47,302 bases of DNA from Candidatus Staskawiczbacteria bacterium. Its GTDB lineage: Bacteria > Patescibacteriota > Minisyncoccia > Minisyncoccales > Staskawiczbacteraceae. Below the pieces are notes generated by a model. That model saw nothing but the letters and a program-made list of their open reading frames with translations. It was not told the DNA's origin and did no database searches. The position numbers were made by a program, and so were the translations under genes. Positions 17,383 to 26,532 of this stretch are shown piece by piece. The DNA lies in assembly GCA_903831095.1 (NCBI GenBank), contig CAIKWD010000018.1, positions 1-47,302 of the forward strand, written 5' to 3'. Each line of letters opens with the position of its first letter. The first letter of the stretch is position 1.

Positions 17383-18564
17383 CTATTGCAAAGCCTTAAT
17401 TAATTCAAGGGCCTTGTCCAATTGTGGATCTTTTTTCTGTTCTATGTCTTGATCAGTTATATCAACTTTTACGTCCGGGGTCAACCCTACATCTGTAATT
17501 GAATTTCCCTTAGGAGTCAACCAATTAGCAACTGTGATTTTAAGGAAAGACCCGTCTGGTAAATTAATAACTTCCTGAACGCATCCCTTACCAAATGACT
17601 TTGTTCCAACTAATTTTACATTTCTATCATCTCTTAGTGCTCCAGACAAAATTTCCGAGGCTGAAGCTGACCCTTGATTTACTATAACGACAACTGGATA
17701 ACTTATAAAATCAGAATTCCCTGCTGTCTTATATATCTGTTGAGTCTTTCCTTTGCCAAAATCCTCTATTGTCACAGTTTGGCCTTGTGCCAAAAACCAT
17801 CCTGCAATTTCTTGAGCAACTTCCAAATATCCACCTGGATTATCTCTTAAATCTAAAATTATTTTTTTCGCGGGGCTTTTTAATATTTGCAAAGCAATAT
17901 CTTTAAAATCAGAAGAAAGTGTTTCATCAAACTGATAAATTTGTATATATGCAACATCACCGTCTTTAATTGACCATTCAATTGAAGGAACTTTTATTGT
18001 ATCCCTGATAATCTTTATATCTTTTGTCGCTTTCCAGCTATCCCTTAAAATTGTTAGAGTAACAGATGTTCCCTTTGGTCCGCGTATTAAACTTACAGCC
18101 TCATCAGTAGTCATATTTGTGGCATCCTGGTTGTTAATCTTTACAATTGTATCTCCAGACTGCAACCCTGCTCTCTGTCCAGGCGTACCCTTTAATGGAG
18201 CAATAACAGTAAGCAAATCTTTTTTCATTCCAACTTCGACGCCTATGCCATTAAATGATCCCGCCAAATCCTGCTGAAATCTCTGGGCATGAGTGGGATC
18301 AAAAAAACTTGTATATGGATCTTTCAATGAATTAGTCATTCCCTCAATTGCCCCATAAACTACTTTTTGATTGGTAATTTTTAAAGGATCAATAAAGTTA
18401 TTTTGAAGCTTACTATATGCATCCCAAAAAAGTGAAAAATCAATATTGCCTGGCTGTGGAATATGATATGGCGCTTTTGATGCACCAATCCAAATTCCCA
18501 AAACAAAAACTGCAATCAAACAGACAGATAATATAACAGGATAAATTGCTTTTTTAATATTCAT
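17383..18564 (-). CDS. ctpA: S41-family carboxy-terminal processing peptidase
   Basis: PDZ segment (GQRAGLQSGDTIVKIN), LRDNPGGY, and catalytic GSASASEI...K. The start at MNIKKAIYPV is preferred over the longer 18594 start. Confidence 0.85.
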   Translation of the reverse strand: MNIKKAIYPVILSVCLIAVFVLGIWIGASKAPYHIPQPGNIDFSLFWDAYSKLQNNFIDPLKITNQKVVYGAIEGMTNSLKDPYTSFFDPTHAQRFQQDLAGSFNGIGVEVGMKKDLLTVIAPLKGTPGQRAGLQSGDTIVKINNQDATNMTTDEAVSLIRGPKGTSVTLTILRDSWKATKDIKIIRDTIKVPSIEWSIKDGDVAYIQIYQFDETLSSDFKDIALQILKSPAKKIILDLRDNPGGYLEVAQEIAGWFLAQGQTVTIEDFGKGKTQQIYKTAGNSDFISYPVVVIVNQGSASASEILSGALRDDRNVKLVGTKSFGKGCVQEVINLPDGSFLKITVANWLTPKGNSITDVGLTPDVKVDITDQDIEQKKDPQLDKALELIKALQ

Positions 18565-18660
18565 AAGCAAATAATAACAAAATTTTAATTGCAAATCAAT
18601 GACTAGAACAAATTAAAAAAGTCTCAGCATATGCCAAGACTTTTTTATTTAAAATTTAAA

Positions 18661-19293
18661 TTACTTCCCTGAAAAAAACTTAAACAATCCTGAAAGAGAA
18701 TTTGAAATACTAGCACTTAAATTCCTTAAAATTCCACCAAATCCAATTGTCCCATTTATACATGTCTTTTGCTCTGCTTGAAATGTGTCATTAGCTGATT
18801 TCATTGCGGCGTTATATGCTGGTTTTGCCTTTGCAACATCTGCATTGCTATTGTATGCATCGCTAGCTGCTTTCATTGCTGCCATGTATGCTGGTTTGGC
18901 TTTTTTAACTGCGGAGTTATTATTATATGCATCACTTGCCGCTTTTATTGCAGCAGCTTTAGCTGCAGGGTCTTGAATTTTCTGAGCTTCGGCAATTGAA
19001 TATGTTCTTGTTTCGAGCGCATCTTTGGCAGCAGAATTTAATATATCTGTAGCAGCTTTCATGGCTGCCATTTTAGTGTCATAAGCATCTTTTGCAACAT
19101 TATTTAAGGTTGTTGTTGCCGCTTTCATGGAAGCAAACCTTTTAGCCTGAGCAGTTTTTATACAAGCTTGCTGTTCAGTAGTATATTGAGTGGCTCCTGT
19201 TGACTCAGAATTGGATTTTTTAGCAGCCAATGCTGTGTTTGAAACTAAAACTAATGATAATGCGATTGCTGTAAAAACTAGTATTTTTTTCAT
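18661..19293 (-). CDS. Secreted Ala/Lys-rich helical repeat protein, paralogue 1
   Basis: Signal peptide ending ALAA. Two conserved Cys (QQACIK ... QKTCING). Internal ~22-aa repeats KAKPAY.AAMKAASDAYN.N. About half the positions are identical to 19320..19937. Confidence 0.7.
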   Translation of the reverse strand: MKKILVFTAIALSLVLVSNTALAAKKSNSESTGATQYTTEQQACIKTAQAKRFASMKAATTTLNNVAKDAYDTKMAAMKAATDILNSAAKDALETRTYSIAEAQKIQDPAAKAAAIKAASDAYNNNSAVKKAKPAYMAAMKAASDAYNSNADVAKAKPAYNAAMKSANDTFQAEQKTCINGTIGFGGILRNLSASISNSLSGLFKFFSGK

Positions 19294-19319
19294 ATGTTTT
19301 TTATTATTTTATTATTTTA

Positions 19320-19937
19320 TTATTTTTTACCTGTGAAAAAATTTATTAATTTAGAAAAGAAATTTGATATTCCATTACCAATTTTACTGAAAAAACCCTT
19401 TTTACCTTCTACGCATGTTTTCTGATCTTTTTGAAATTGATCATTAGCTGATTTTATTGCTAAATCATAAGCTGGTTTAGCTTTCGTTACAATACTATTT
19501 CCATTATATTCGTCACTAGCTGCTTTTATGGCAGTTATAAATGGGATTTTAGCTTTTTTTACTTCGGCATTATTGTTATAAACATCGTTGGCAGCTTTTA
19601 TTGCGGTAGATCTTGCATCTAAATCTTGTATTTTTTGTGCTGCTGCAATTGCAGCCATTCTAGTTTTTAAAGCATCTTTAGTTGAGGCATTTAAAATATC
19701 TGCAGCTGCCTTCATTGCATTAACTCTAACTGCATTGGCATCTTTAGAAACGCTATTTAATTTATCTTGTGCTGTTTTTTTAGCAGCAACCATTTTATCT
19801 TGCGCAGCTTTTATGCACGACTGTTGCTGGGCTGTATATGTAACTGGAACTGCAGATTGAGTGGTTTGCGCTGATACTACAGCTGAAAAAGAAACCAATA
19901 TTGAAACTATTATTACAATAATAGATACATTCTTCAT
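19320..19937 (-). CDS. Secreted Ala/Lys-rich helical repeat protein, paralogue 2
   Basis: Signal peptide ending VSAQ, the same Cys pair (QQSCIK ... QKTCVEG), and the same repeat and C-terminal F-rich tail architecture. Confidence 0.7.
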   Translation of the reverse strand: MKNVSIIVIIVSILVSFSAVVSAQTTQSAVPVTYTAQQQSCIKAAQDKMVAAKKTAQDKLNSVSKDANAVRVNAMKAAADILNASTKDALKTRMAAIAAAQKIQDLDARSTAIKAANDVYNNNAEVKKAKIPFITAIKAASDEYNGNSIVTKAKPAYDLAIKSANDQFQKDQKTCVEGKKGFFSKIGNGISNFFSKLINFFTGKK

Positions 19938-20021
19938 TTGATAAATATATTAATACTATTTGTTTGGTTATTATACCACAAAAAATAATGTCAGCAAACA
20001 GAAGTCAACTGTGGATAACTT

Positions 20022-20798
20022 TTAACTATCAATTTTTTCAAAAGGCTTTACAAACCCATCTATTACTACTTTGCCATTAAATGTTTTAACTAATTCATCC
20101 AGTTCTCTTTTTGATTCCTCAATTTCCCCATTTGTGTTAGCCACAACTACGACAATAAAGGGATTCTCCTTACTAAAAAAATCATCTCCAAAACTATGTT
20201 TGCCGAAAGCAATGCTTATGCATAACTTTATTGAATCTAATATTTCTCCCTTGTTTATGCCCTTAAGTTCACTAACAGTAAACCCATTTGGCAGATCCTT
20301 TACTAATGAATGATCAAACTTATTTGTCTTATCTAAATAGCATACTCTTTCATTGTGTTCACCTTCAATTTTCATTTCAGAACAGGTTATGCCTGCTTTT
20401 TCAGCTATGCGCTCAGCAGATTGTTGGGCAAAATTATTTATTTCTTCCTCTGAAAGTTCTTCTTTTCCAGTATTATTTTTAGCTTCAATTCCAGCAGCAC
20501 CGCATTCTTTATGCCAGGTAATATTCTTTATGCCGTTTTCCTTAATCAAATTTACCATGTCTTCTATATTTTTTGACACTCCGCTTCCAGGTAAATGTTT
20601 TCCGCAAGGCGTTCTCCCATCTACACAACACAACCAATTAAAAAACTTTTGTTTTTCCTGATCAAAAGCATCGGGTAAATTTGGAATTGCCTCAACATAA
20701 TTACCAAATCCAATTTCATTGATTTTGGTCATTATATTTTGTTCCCACAAAATTTTATCCTCTATTGTTTCAGTGCCCAAGACTTCATGCTCACTCAT
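20022..20798 (-). CDS. Hypothetical protein (258 aa) with CxDxR / HxxCG motifs
   Basis: The start at MSEHEV is preferred because the longer start overlaps the hairpin downstream of the tRNA. Motifs are CCVDGR and ITWHKECGAAG. The family was not recognised. Confidence 0.55.
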   Translation of the reverse strand: MSEHEVLGTETIEDKILWEQNIMTKINEIGFGNYVEAIPNLPDAFDQEKQKFFNWLCCVDGRTPCGKHLPGSGVSKNIEDMVNLIKENGIKNITWHKECGAAGIEAKNNTGKEELSEEEINNFAQQSAERIAEKAGITCSEMKIEGEHNERVCYLDKTNKFDHSLVKDLPNGFTVSELKGINKGEILDSIKLCISIAFGKHSFGDDFFSKENPFIVVVVANTNGEIEESKRELDELVKTFNGKVVIDGFVKPFEKIDS

Positions 20799-20852
20799 AT
20801 TTTTTAAAAAATAAATTATTTTTAAAACCACATTTTAAAGTGGTTTTCTTTG

Positions 20853-20923
20853 TGGACCCACCGGGAATCGAACCCGGCCCTCTTCCATGCCATGGAAGCA
20901 TAATACCGATTTACTATGGGCCC
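20853..20923 (-). tRNA. tRNA-Ala (anticodon GGC)
   Basis: Hand-folded cloverleaf. Acceptor stem GGGCCCA/TGGGTCC with G3:U70, D stem GTAA/TTAT, anticodon stem CTTCC/GGAAG with loop atGGCat, T arm CCGGG-TTCGATT-CCCGG, and discriminator A. The 3' CCA is not encoded. Confidence 0.88.
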
Positions 20924-20998
20924 ATTGATATTTACTTAAGTATACTTATTTTAATATTTATTTCAAGGACTTTATACAATAAAAAAGAGTAGAATGTT

Positions 20999-21733
20999 CT
21001 ACTCTTGATCTGCTAACTCTAATAACTTCTGAGCTATAAAGTTAGTAACCTCTTCAGGGGTTTTTTTTATTAGTTCATCATTCAATTTTATTGGCTCACT
21101 AATTTTGACTACAACATCTCCTCTCTCAAAATTAGGTAATTGAAATAAAGGTTTGCCAATATATATTGGAGGATCTCCATTTTCAGTCCAAACAAGAACT
21201 ATTTCAGCATTTTTTTTCAAAGCCAACCATCCAACAGAATTGGCAGGCTTTCTTATTTTATGCTTTCCACTTTTACTATAGACAAACTCAGTACCAGTGC
21301 ATGTTCTGCCAGGTTCCATAGGATGTGCAATAGTTCCATTATTTTCTAAAACTTCCAGCATTTCTTTCGCAGCTTTTACACCACCATTTTTTCTATCCCG
21401 CTGAACCGGTATTGATCTTATTTTGAGTAGCCAAAAGTACCATTTATCAGTAAAATTACGCTTATCAAGTGTAAACCATGGAGTAAGCTTTATTGGGTCC
21501 CAAATTGCTTGAGGAAAAAATAGTGCTGGCACTAGTATAACTTCATACATACAATCCAATAAATCCGGATGGTTATATATTATAAGTGTCCCGGGTTTTA
21601 ATTTTGGAATGGCTTGAAAATTTACAACCTTCACCTTTCCACTTTTTCTTCCTAAGCGAAATACCCCATAAATTAATGAGCCGACCCCGTATACAAGAGT
21701 CATAACCAATATACTCTTAAGAAAATTTTTCAT
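20999..21733 (-). CDS. Lysophospholipid (PlsC-like) acyltransferase
   Basis: N-terminal TM helix, an HX4D block (NHPDLLD) and an EGTR-like block (MEPGRT). Confidence 0.55.
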   Translation of the reverse strand: MKNFLKSILVMTLVYGVGSLIYGVFRLGRKSGKVKVVNFQAIPKLKPGTLIIYNHPDLLDCMYEVILVPALFFPQAIWDPIKLTPWFTLDKRNFTDKWYFWLLKIRSIPVQRDRKNGGVKAAKEMLEVLENNGTIAHPMEPGRTCTGTEFVYSKSGKHKIRKPANSVGWLALKKNAEIVLVWTENGDPPIYIGKPLFQLPNFERGDVVVKISEPIKLNDELIKKTPEEVTNFIAQKLLELADQE

Positions 21734-21800
21734 TGTCTCCCCCTTTATTATGTAAAAGAACGATTAAATTATTAAACTATTATTAATATATACTTTACAC

Positions 21801-21825
21801 AAAAAAACAGCCTTTTTCAAGGCTG
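21801..21825 (-). terminator. Intrinsic terminator of mraY
   Basis: Minus strand reads CAGCCttgaaaaaGGCTGttttttt. Confidence 0.7.
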
Positions 21826-21831
21826 AAACTA

Positions 21832-22893
21832 TTATCTGAACAATCTTAGGGCAACTCCAACAAAAGCCAACACAACTCCAATAATCCATGCGCGCATTGT
21901 AACTTTGTATGAAGGCCAACCTAAAGCTTCAAAATGATGATGCACTGGTGTTGAAAGAAAAACTTTTTTTTTTCTAAACTTTTTAGATAATAGCTGAATA
22001 ATTACTGACAAAACTTCAACAACCAGTAAACCAGAAATTATTGGCAAGACATAAACTGAATCTGTTAAGAAAGCTATCACAGATAAAACAGTAGTTAAGC
22101 CAAGTATACCTGTTTCACCCATGTAAAACCTTGCTGGGGGAATATTAAACCACAAAAAAGCAAACAAGGTTCCGGTTATAACCGCACAAAAAGATGCCAG
22201 ATCAATTTTACCTACTGAAAAAGCCACAACAGTAAAAGCACCAAAAATTGATGCAAATGATCCTCCTGCAAGACCGTCTAAGCCATCTATTATGCCCCCA
22301 GACCAGCAAGCAACAGTTACCATTACAAATAGAGGTATGTACCATAAACCAACTGAAACATCGCCTATAAATGGTATAAAAATAGAATCTAATCCTAATT
22401 TTTGATAAAACCAAATACTGCCTATTAAACCGATTAATATTACAATAAGCAAACGTTTCTTAAATGAAATTCCTCCGCCAATATATTTTCCCCATCCTTT
22501 GACAACCAGCAAGTCATCAATTAATCCAACAAATGATGCAGCAATTAAAGTAAAAATTGGAATCCAGGTTTGACTTCTTGATAAAAAATTAAACTGGGCA
22601 ATCCAGCCTCCGGGAAACAGCAACGACAAAATATAAAACAAATAGATTACAAATACAACTGTAATCCAAATCAAAAGACCTCCCATCCTTGGGGTGCCAA
22701 CCTCTTTTTCTTTATGAAGACTATTAAAAACTGAAGCATCTTCGCCCGAAATAGCTTTTTGCCTTGCGGTTTTCTTCCACATCTGATGTTTATATAAAAA
22801 ACCAATAAGCCAAGGAGACCATAAAACAGCTAAAGCACAAGCAACAGCTGCCAATGAAAAAATTTTAATAACGCTAAAGGTAAGTATTGTCAT
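21832..22893 (-). CDS. mraY: Phospho-N-acetylmuramoyl-pentapeptide transferase
   Basis: Polytopic membrane protein with GLIDDL, IDGLDGLA, and C-terminal PVHHHFE..GW. Confidence 0.92.
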   Translation of the reverse strand: MTILTFSVIKIFSLAAVACALAVLWSPWLIGFLYKHQMWKKTARQKAISGEDASVFNSLHKEKEVGTPRMGGLLIWITVVFVIYLFYILSLLFPGGWIAQFNFLSRSQTWIPIFTLIAASFVGLIDDLLVVKGWGKYIGGGISFKKRLLIVILIGLIGSIWFYQKLGLDSIFIPFIGDVSVGLWYIPLFVMVTVACWSGGIIDGLDGLAGGSFASIFGAFTVVAFSVGKIDLASFCAVITGTLFAFLWFNIPPARFYMGETGILGLTTVLSVIAFLTDSVYVLPIISGLLVVEVLSVIIQLLSKKFRKKKVFLSTPVHHHFEALGWPSYKVTMRAWIIGVVLAFVGVALRLFR

Positions 22894-22894
22894 T

Positions 22895-23602
22895 TTAAAT
22901 ATTATTTTTTTCTTCTAAAAATTTGCTCAAAATAAGGCCTTGTTTTTGCATTTCTTCGGCATTTTCCTTGCCTATATATCTGTAATGCCATGGCTCATAA
23001 GCATATCCTGTTATATCCTCAGAATTTTTTGGATATGAGATAACCCAGCCATATTTCCAAGCATTTTGGTAAAGCCAAATTCCTACCAAAGAATCTGCAA
23101 AGGAAAAATTTAATTCATTAAAATCTATTGCAGTTCCCAATTGGTGCTGGCTGCACCCCGGAACAGCGCTTTGTCTTTGCGCTTCCTTAATTCCCAACTG
23201 TGCAACCCACGAATTATATATTTGCCCCTGCTTCTGATAAGACCGATAAGCGGAAATTACCTTTAACCCAATCCCCTCTTTTTTTGCCTGACTCACCATT
23301 TCCTGTAAATCCTGCATGACAATTTTTCTCAACATAAATGCTGAATTTTCAGGAATTTCATAATCTGAAATATTCACCAAGTCATCAGGAACATAATCAA
23401 CTGGCAAACAATTATTTTTATTAACATCAATTAACAAATCATTTCCATTTATTTTTTTCACTTCTGGCTTAAATACAGTAATTTTCCGTTCAACCGCAAT
23501 TGGCAATTTACTCGCTCCAACAATAATTAGTAAAAATAACAAAATCAAAAGCAATATTAATCTACGATTTTTTATTGGCATTGATAATTTGCATCTAACC
23601 AA
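22895..23602 (-). CDS. M15-family (VanY-like) D-alanyl-D-alanine carboxypeptidase
   Basis: SAYRSYQKQ, SQHQLGTAIDF, EPWHYRY. The start may instead be the ATG at 23581. Confidence 0.82.
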   Translation of the reverse strand: MVRCKLSMPIKNRRLILLLILLFLLIIVGASKLPIAVERKITVFKPEVKKINGNDLLIDVNKNNCLPVDYVPDDLVNISDYEIPENSAFMLRKIVMQDLQEMVSQAKKEGIGLKVISAYRSYQKQGQIYNSWVAQLGIKEAQRQSAVPGCSQHQLGTAIDFNELNFSFADSLVGIWLYQNAWKYGWVISYPKNSEDITGYAYEPWHYRYIGKENAEEMQKQGLILSKFLEEKNNI

Positions 23603-24510
23603 TTGATTATTTTCTTCATCTCTAAAAATCTGTCATCAGCTCCCAAAATTATGTTTATTTTGTAATTATTATCCCTTTGACTATTAATAACTAAGAGCAA
23701 ACATCCTTTAGCTTCGTTTGTAAAACCAGTCTTACTGCAAACTATATCTGGCACTTCACTTAAAAGCTGATCAGTATTTTCCACTTGGCCAAAACCTTTA
23801 ATATAAAAAGTTTTTGCTTTGCTTATGCGCGCAATTTCCGGGTAATTTTTCAATATAGTCTCGGCGAGTTTTGCCAAGTCATTTGCTGTAGAAACATTCT
23901 GTGCGCTCAAACCAGTTGGATCGGCAAAAAAAGTATTTTTTAATCCCAAATCCTTAGCTTTTTTATTCATCATCATTACGAACTTTTCTTCTCCAATCAA
24001 CTCCGACAAGGCATAAGCTGACTTATTGCTTGATTCAATCAACATTATATCCAAAAAGCCTTCAACTGAAAGTTTGTCGCCAATCTTTACATCTTGTTTT
24101 ACAACATCCTGTGAATCTGCAATTTTACTTACAATAACTAAATCAGACAAATTATAATTTTCCAAGACAACAATTGCAGTCATTAATTTTGTTAAGCTGG
24201 CAATTGGCAATTGTAAATTACTATCTTTTTCAAAAATAACTTTACTTTGATCTTGCAGATTGCTTTCAATAGAAATTGCAGATTTTGCATTTACTTCCGG
24301 CTTATTAGCTGGAAGAACAACAATTTCATCTGCAGTATTTTCCGATACATTTTGTTGCACCGCGTCAGAAATATTTGCCAAGTATAATGAACTGTTATTG
24401 TTTTGCAACGGCTTAACAAAAAAACCCTGCATGCCAGAAATCAAATATGCAAAAAATATTAAAAACACAATTGATAATATTGGACCTAAAAAAACTCTCT
24501 TTAAATTCAT
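23572..24510 (-). CDS. S11-family D-alanyl-D-alanine carboxypeptidase (PBP5-like)
   Basis: SxxK (ASLTKLMT), SxN (ESSNKS), KTG (SKTGFT), and an N-terminal anchor. Confidence 0.85.
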   Translation of the reverse strand: MNLKRVFLGPILSIVFLIFFAYLISGMQGFFVKPLQNNNSSLYLANISDAVQQNVSENTADEIVVLPANKPEVNAKSAISIESNLQDQSKVIFEKDSNLQLPIASLTKLMTAIVVLENYNLSDLVIVSKIADSQDVVKQDVKIGDKLSVEGFLDIMLIESSNKSAYALSELIGEEKFVMMMNKKAKDLGLKNTFFADPTGLSAQNVSTANDLAKLAETILKNYPEIARISKAKTFYIKGFGQVENTDQLLSEVPDIVCSKTGFTNEAKGCLLLVINSQRDNNYKINIILGADDRFLEMKKIINWLDANYQCQ

Positions 24511-25914
24511 CTATTTTTTAGTTTCCTTAACAATATTTATATGCAAATCTTTTAATTGTTTTTTATCAACTTCGGAAGGAGCATTCATCATTAAGTCCCT
24601 ACCATCTCCGGTTTTTGGAAATGCCATAACTTCTCTTATATTTGGCTCGCCTAATAATAATGTCATAACCCTGTCAAAACCCCAGGCAATTCCTCCATGA
24701 GGAGGAGTTCCATGTTTGAATGCATCCATCATATGCCCAAATTTGTCGTATATTATTTCTTTTCCATACCCCATTATTTCAAAAACTTTTTCCAAAGCTT
24801 CTGGTTTATGATTTCTTATGGATCCGCCTCCAATTTCAAATCCATTTAACACAACATCATATTGTGTTGTTAAAATATCTCCAATGTTTTTTTTATTCAT
24901 CAAATCATCTTCAAATTCTGGCCTTGCAGCTGAAAATGGATTGTGCGTAAAAGTCCAACCGCCTTCATCTGTCTTTTCAAAAAATGGGAAATTAACAACC
25001 CAGCAAAATGCCAAAATATTTTTATCATTTTTATCATTTCTAATATCTGGCCGGTCAGTTTTATACTTTGCCATTGCATCTTTATAGTCTATTCTTGGAA
25101 ATGGAATTTCCTGTATTTTTTTGTTTGGGAATAAATTTTGAATAGTCAAAATCAAAAGCCTTTCAATTAATTCCATAACATCTTCTTGACTTACAAAGCT
25201 CATTTCAAGATCAAGCTGAGTAAATTCTGGCTGTCTGTCACCTCTTGGATCTTCATCTCTCAAACATTTTGCAAATTGAAAATATTTTTCAAATCCCGCT
25301 GTCATAAGAAGTTGCTTGTACTGCTGAGGAGATTGTGGCAAAGCATAAAATTTACCTGGTTCTTGTCTTGAAGGAACAATATAATCTCTAGCCCCTTCAG
25401 GCGTAGATTTTGTCAAAATAGGAGTTTCAATTTCGGCAAATCCCTCCTTGTCTAAAAATTCCCTAACAAGCTTCATAACCTTATGTCGCATAATAAGATT
25501 ATTCTTAAGTCTTTCCCTTCTCAAATCCAAATACCTGTATTTCATTCTGACTTCTTCGTTAATCTCATAACCATCTCCTTCAATAGATAAAGGTAAAGTT
25601 TCAGATTCTGACAAAACTTTCAAACTTTCAACAGACATTTCAATTAAACCAGTATCAATTTTTGCGTTGACCATGTTTTCAGGCCTTTTTACAATTTGAC
25701 CGATAATTTCAACTACCCATTCTGTTCTTAACTTCTGTGCTAATTCATAAGCTTCTTTATTTGAAGGCACAAAAACAACCTGTAAAACTCCACTTATGTC
25801 TCGTAAATCAATGAATAAAATCTTGCCATGTGCTCTATAGGTATTCACCCATCCACAAACCCTAACTTTTTCACCTATATGTTTTGCTGTCTCTTTTATT
25901 AAAAATCTTTGCAT
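24511..25914 (-). CDS. aspS: Aspartyl-tRNA synthetase (bacterial-type core, no GAD insertion)
   Basis: OB-fold N-terminus, RDEDPRGDRQPEFTQLDLEMSF, then DRPDIR followed directly by FCWVVNFPFFE, and GGGSIR. 467 aa. Confidence 0.9.
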   Translation of the reverse strand: MQRFLIKETAKHIGEKVRVCGWVNTYRAHGKILFIDLRDISGVLQVVFVPSNKEAYELAQKLRTEWVVEIIGQIVKRPENMVNAKIDTGLIEMSVESLKVLSESETLPLSIEGDGYEINEEVRMKYRYLDLRRERLKNNLIMRHKVMKLVREFLDKEGFAEIETPILTKSTPEGARDYIVPSRQEPGKFYALPQSPQQYKQLLMTAGFEKYFQFAKCLRDEDPRGDRQPEFTQLDLEMSFVSQEDVMELIERLLILTIQNLFPNKKIQEIPFPRIDYKDAMAKYKTDRPDIRNDKNDKNILAFCWVVNFPFFEKTDEGGWTFTHNPFSAARPEFEDDLMNKKNIGDILTTQYDVVLNGFEIGGGSIRNHKPEALEKVFEIMGYGKEIIYDKFGHMMDAFKHGTPPHGGIAWGFDRVMTLLLGEPNIREVMAFPKTGDGRDLMMNAPSEVDKKQLKDLHINIVKETKK

Positions 25915-25931
25915 AATTTATATTAATTAGT

Positions 25932-26531
25932 TTAAAAAGCCTTAAATGTTTTTACCGCATCAACTGCCTCCTGCCAATCTATGGCATCAGCAAATCCATA
26001 CCATCTTGGAGGAGTTGCAAAAACATATTTTAAATTCTCGCCTATTTTTGCAGGCCCAATTGGAGCTGCACTTACTGCTACAGTAGCTGTTTTTTCATCT
26101 CCAACAAGTTTCCACATGTCAGTTGTAAAAACCATAATCGGAATATCCTGATATGCCTGCTGCGAAGTTGTTTTTGGATTTTTTATAACTACTATGTCTC
26201 CTGAATATGTTTTACCACTGCCATCAATTGCAGTCCCCTGCCAATTTTGTTTTACCATGGTATATCCCTGCCAGGTTGCTGGCAATGTAATCTCAAATCC
26301 GAATTCGCTATTTTTATAAACTATTCCAATGCTTAAAGGACAATCAGCAAAATTGCAATTTACACCAGTTCTGCCAACTGATGAACCATCTGGACAAATT
26401 TTAGCAATTTGATCACAAGCTACTAGTTTTTGATGGTTTATAACTGCTGATCTATTTTGATATAAAAAATATCCGGCAATAACAACCAATAATATAATTA
26501 CAATTATTAATATGATATTTTTATTTTGCAT
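25932..26531 (-). CDS. Membrane-anchored hypothetical protein with Cys-rich stalk
   Basis: N-terminal TM helix, then CDQIAKICPDGSSVGRTGVNCNFADC. The remainder was not recognised. Confidence 0.55.
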   Translation of the reverse strand: MQNKNIILIIVIILLVVIAGYFLYQNRSAVINHQKLVACDQIAKICPDGSSVGRTGVNCNFADCPLSIGIVYKNSEFGFEITLPATWQGYTMVKQNWQGTAIDGSGKTYSGDIVVIKNPKTTSQQAYQDIPIMVFTTDMWKLVGDEKTATVAVSAAPIGPAKIGENLKYVFATPPRWYGFADAIDWQEAVDAVKTFKAF

Positions 26532-26532
26532 A

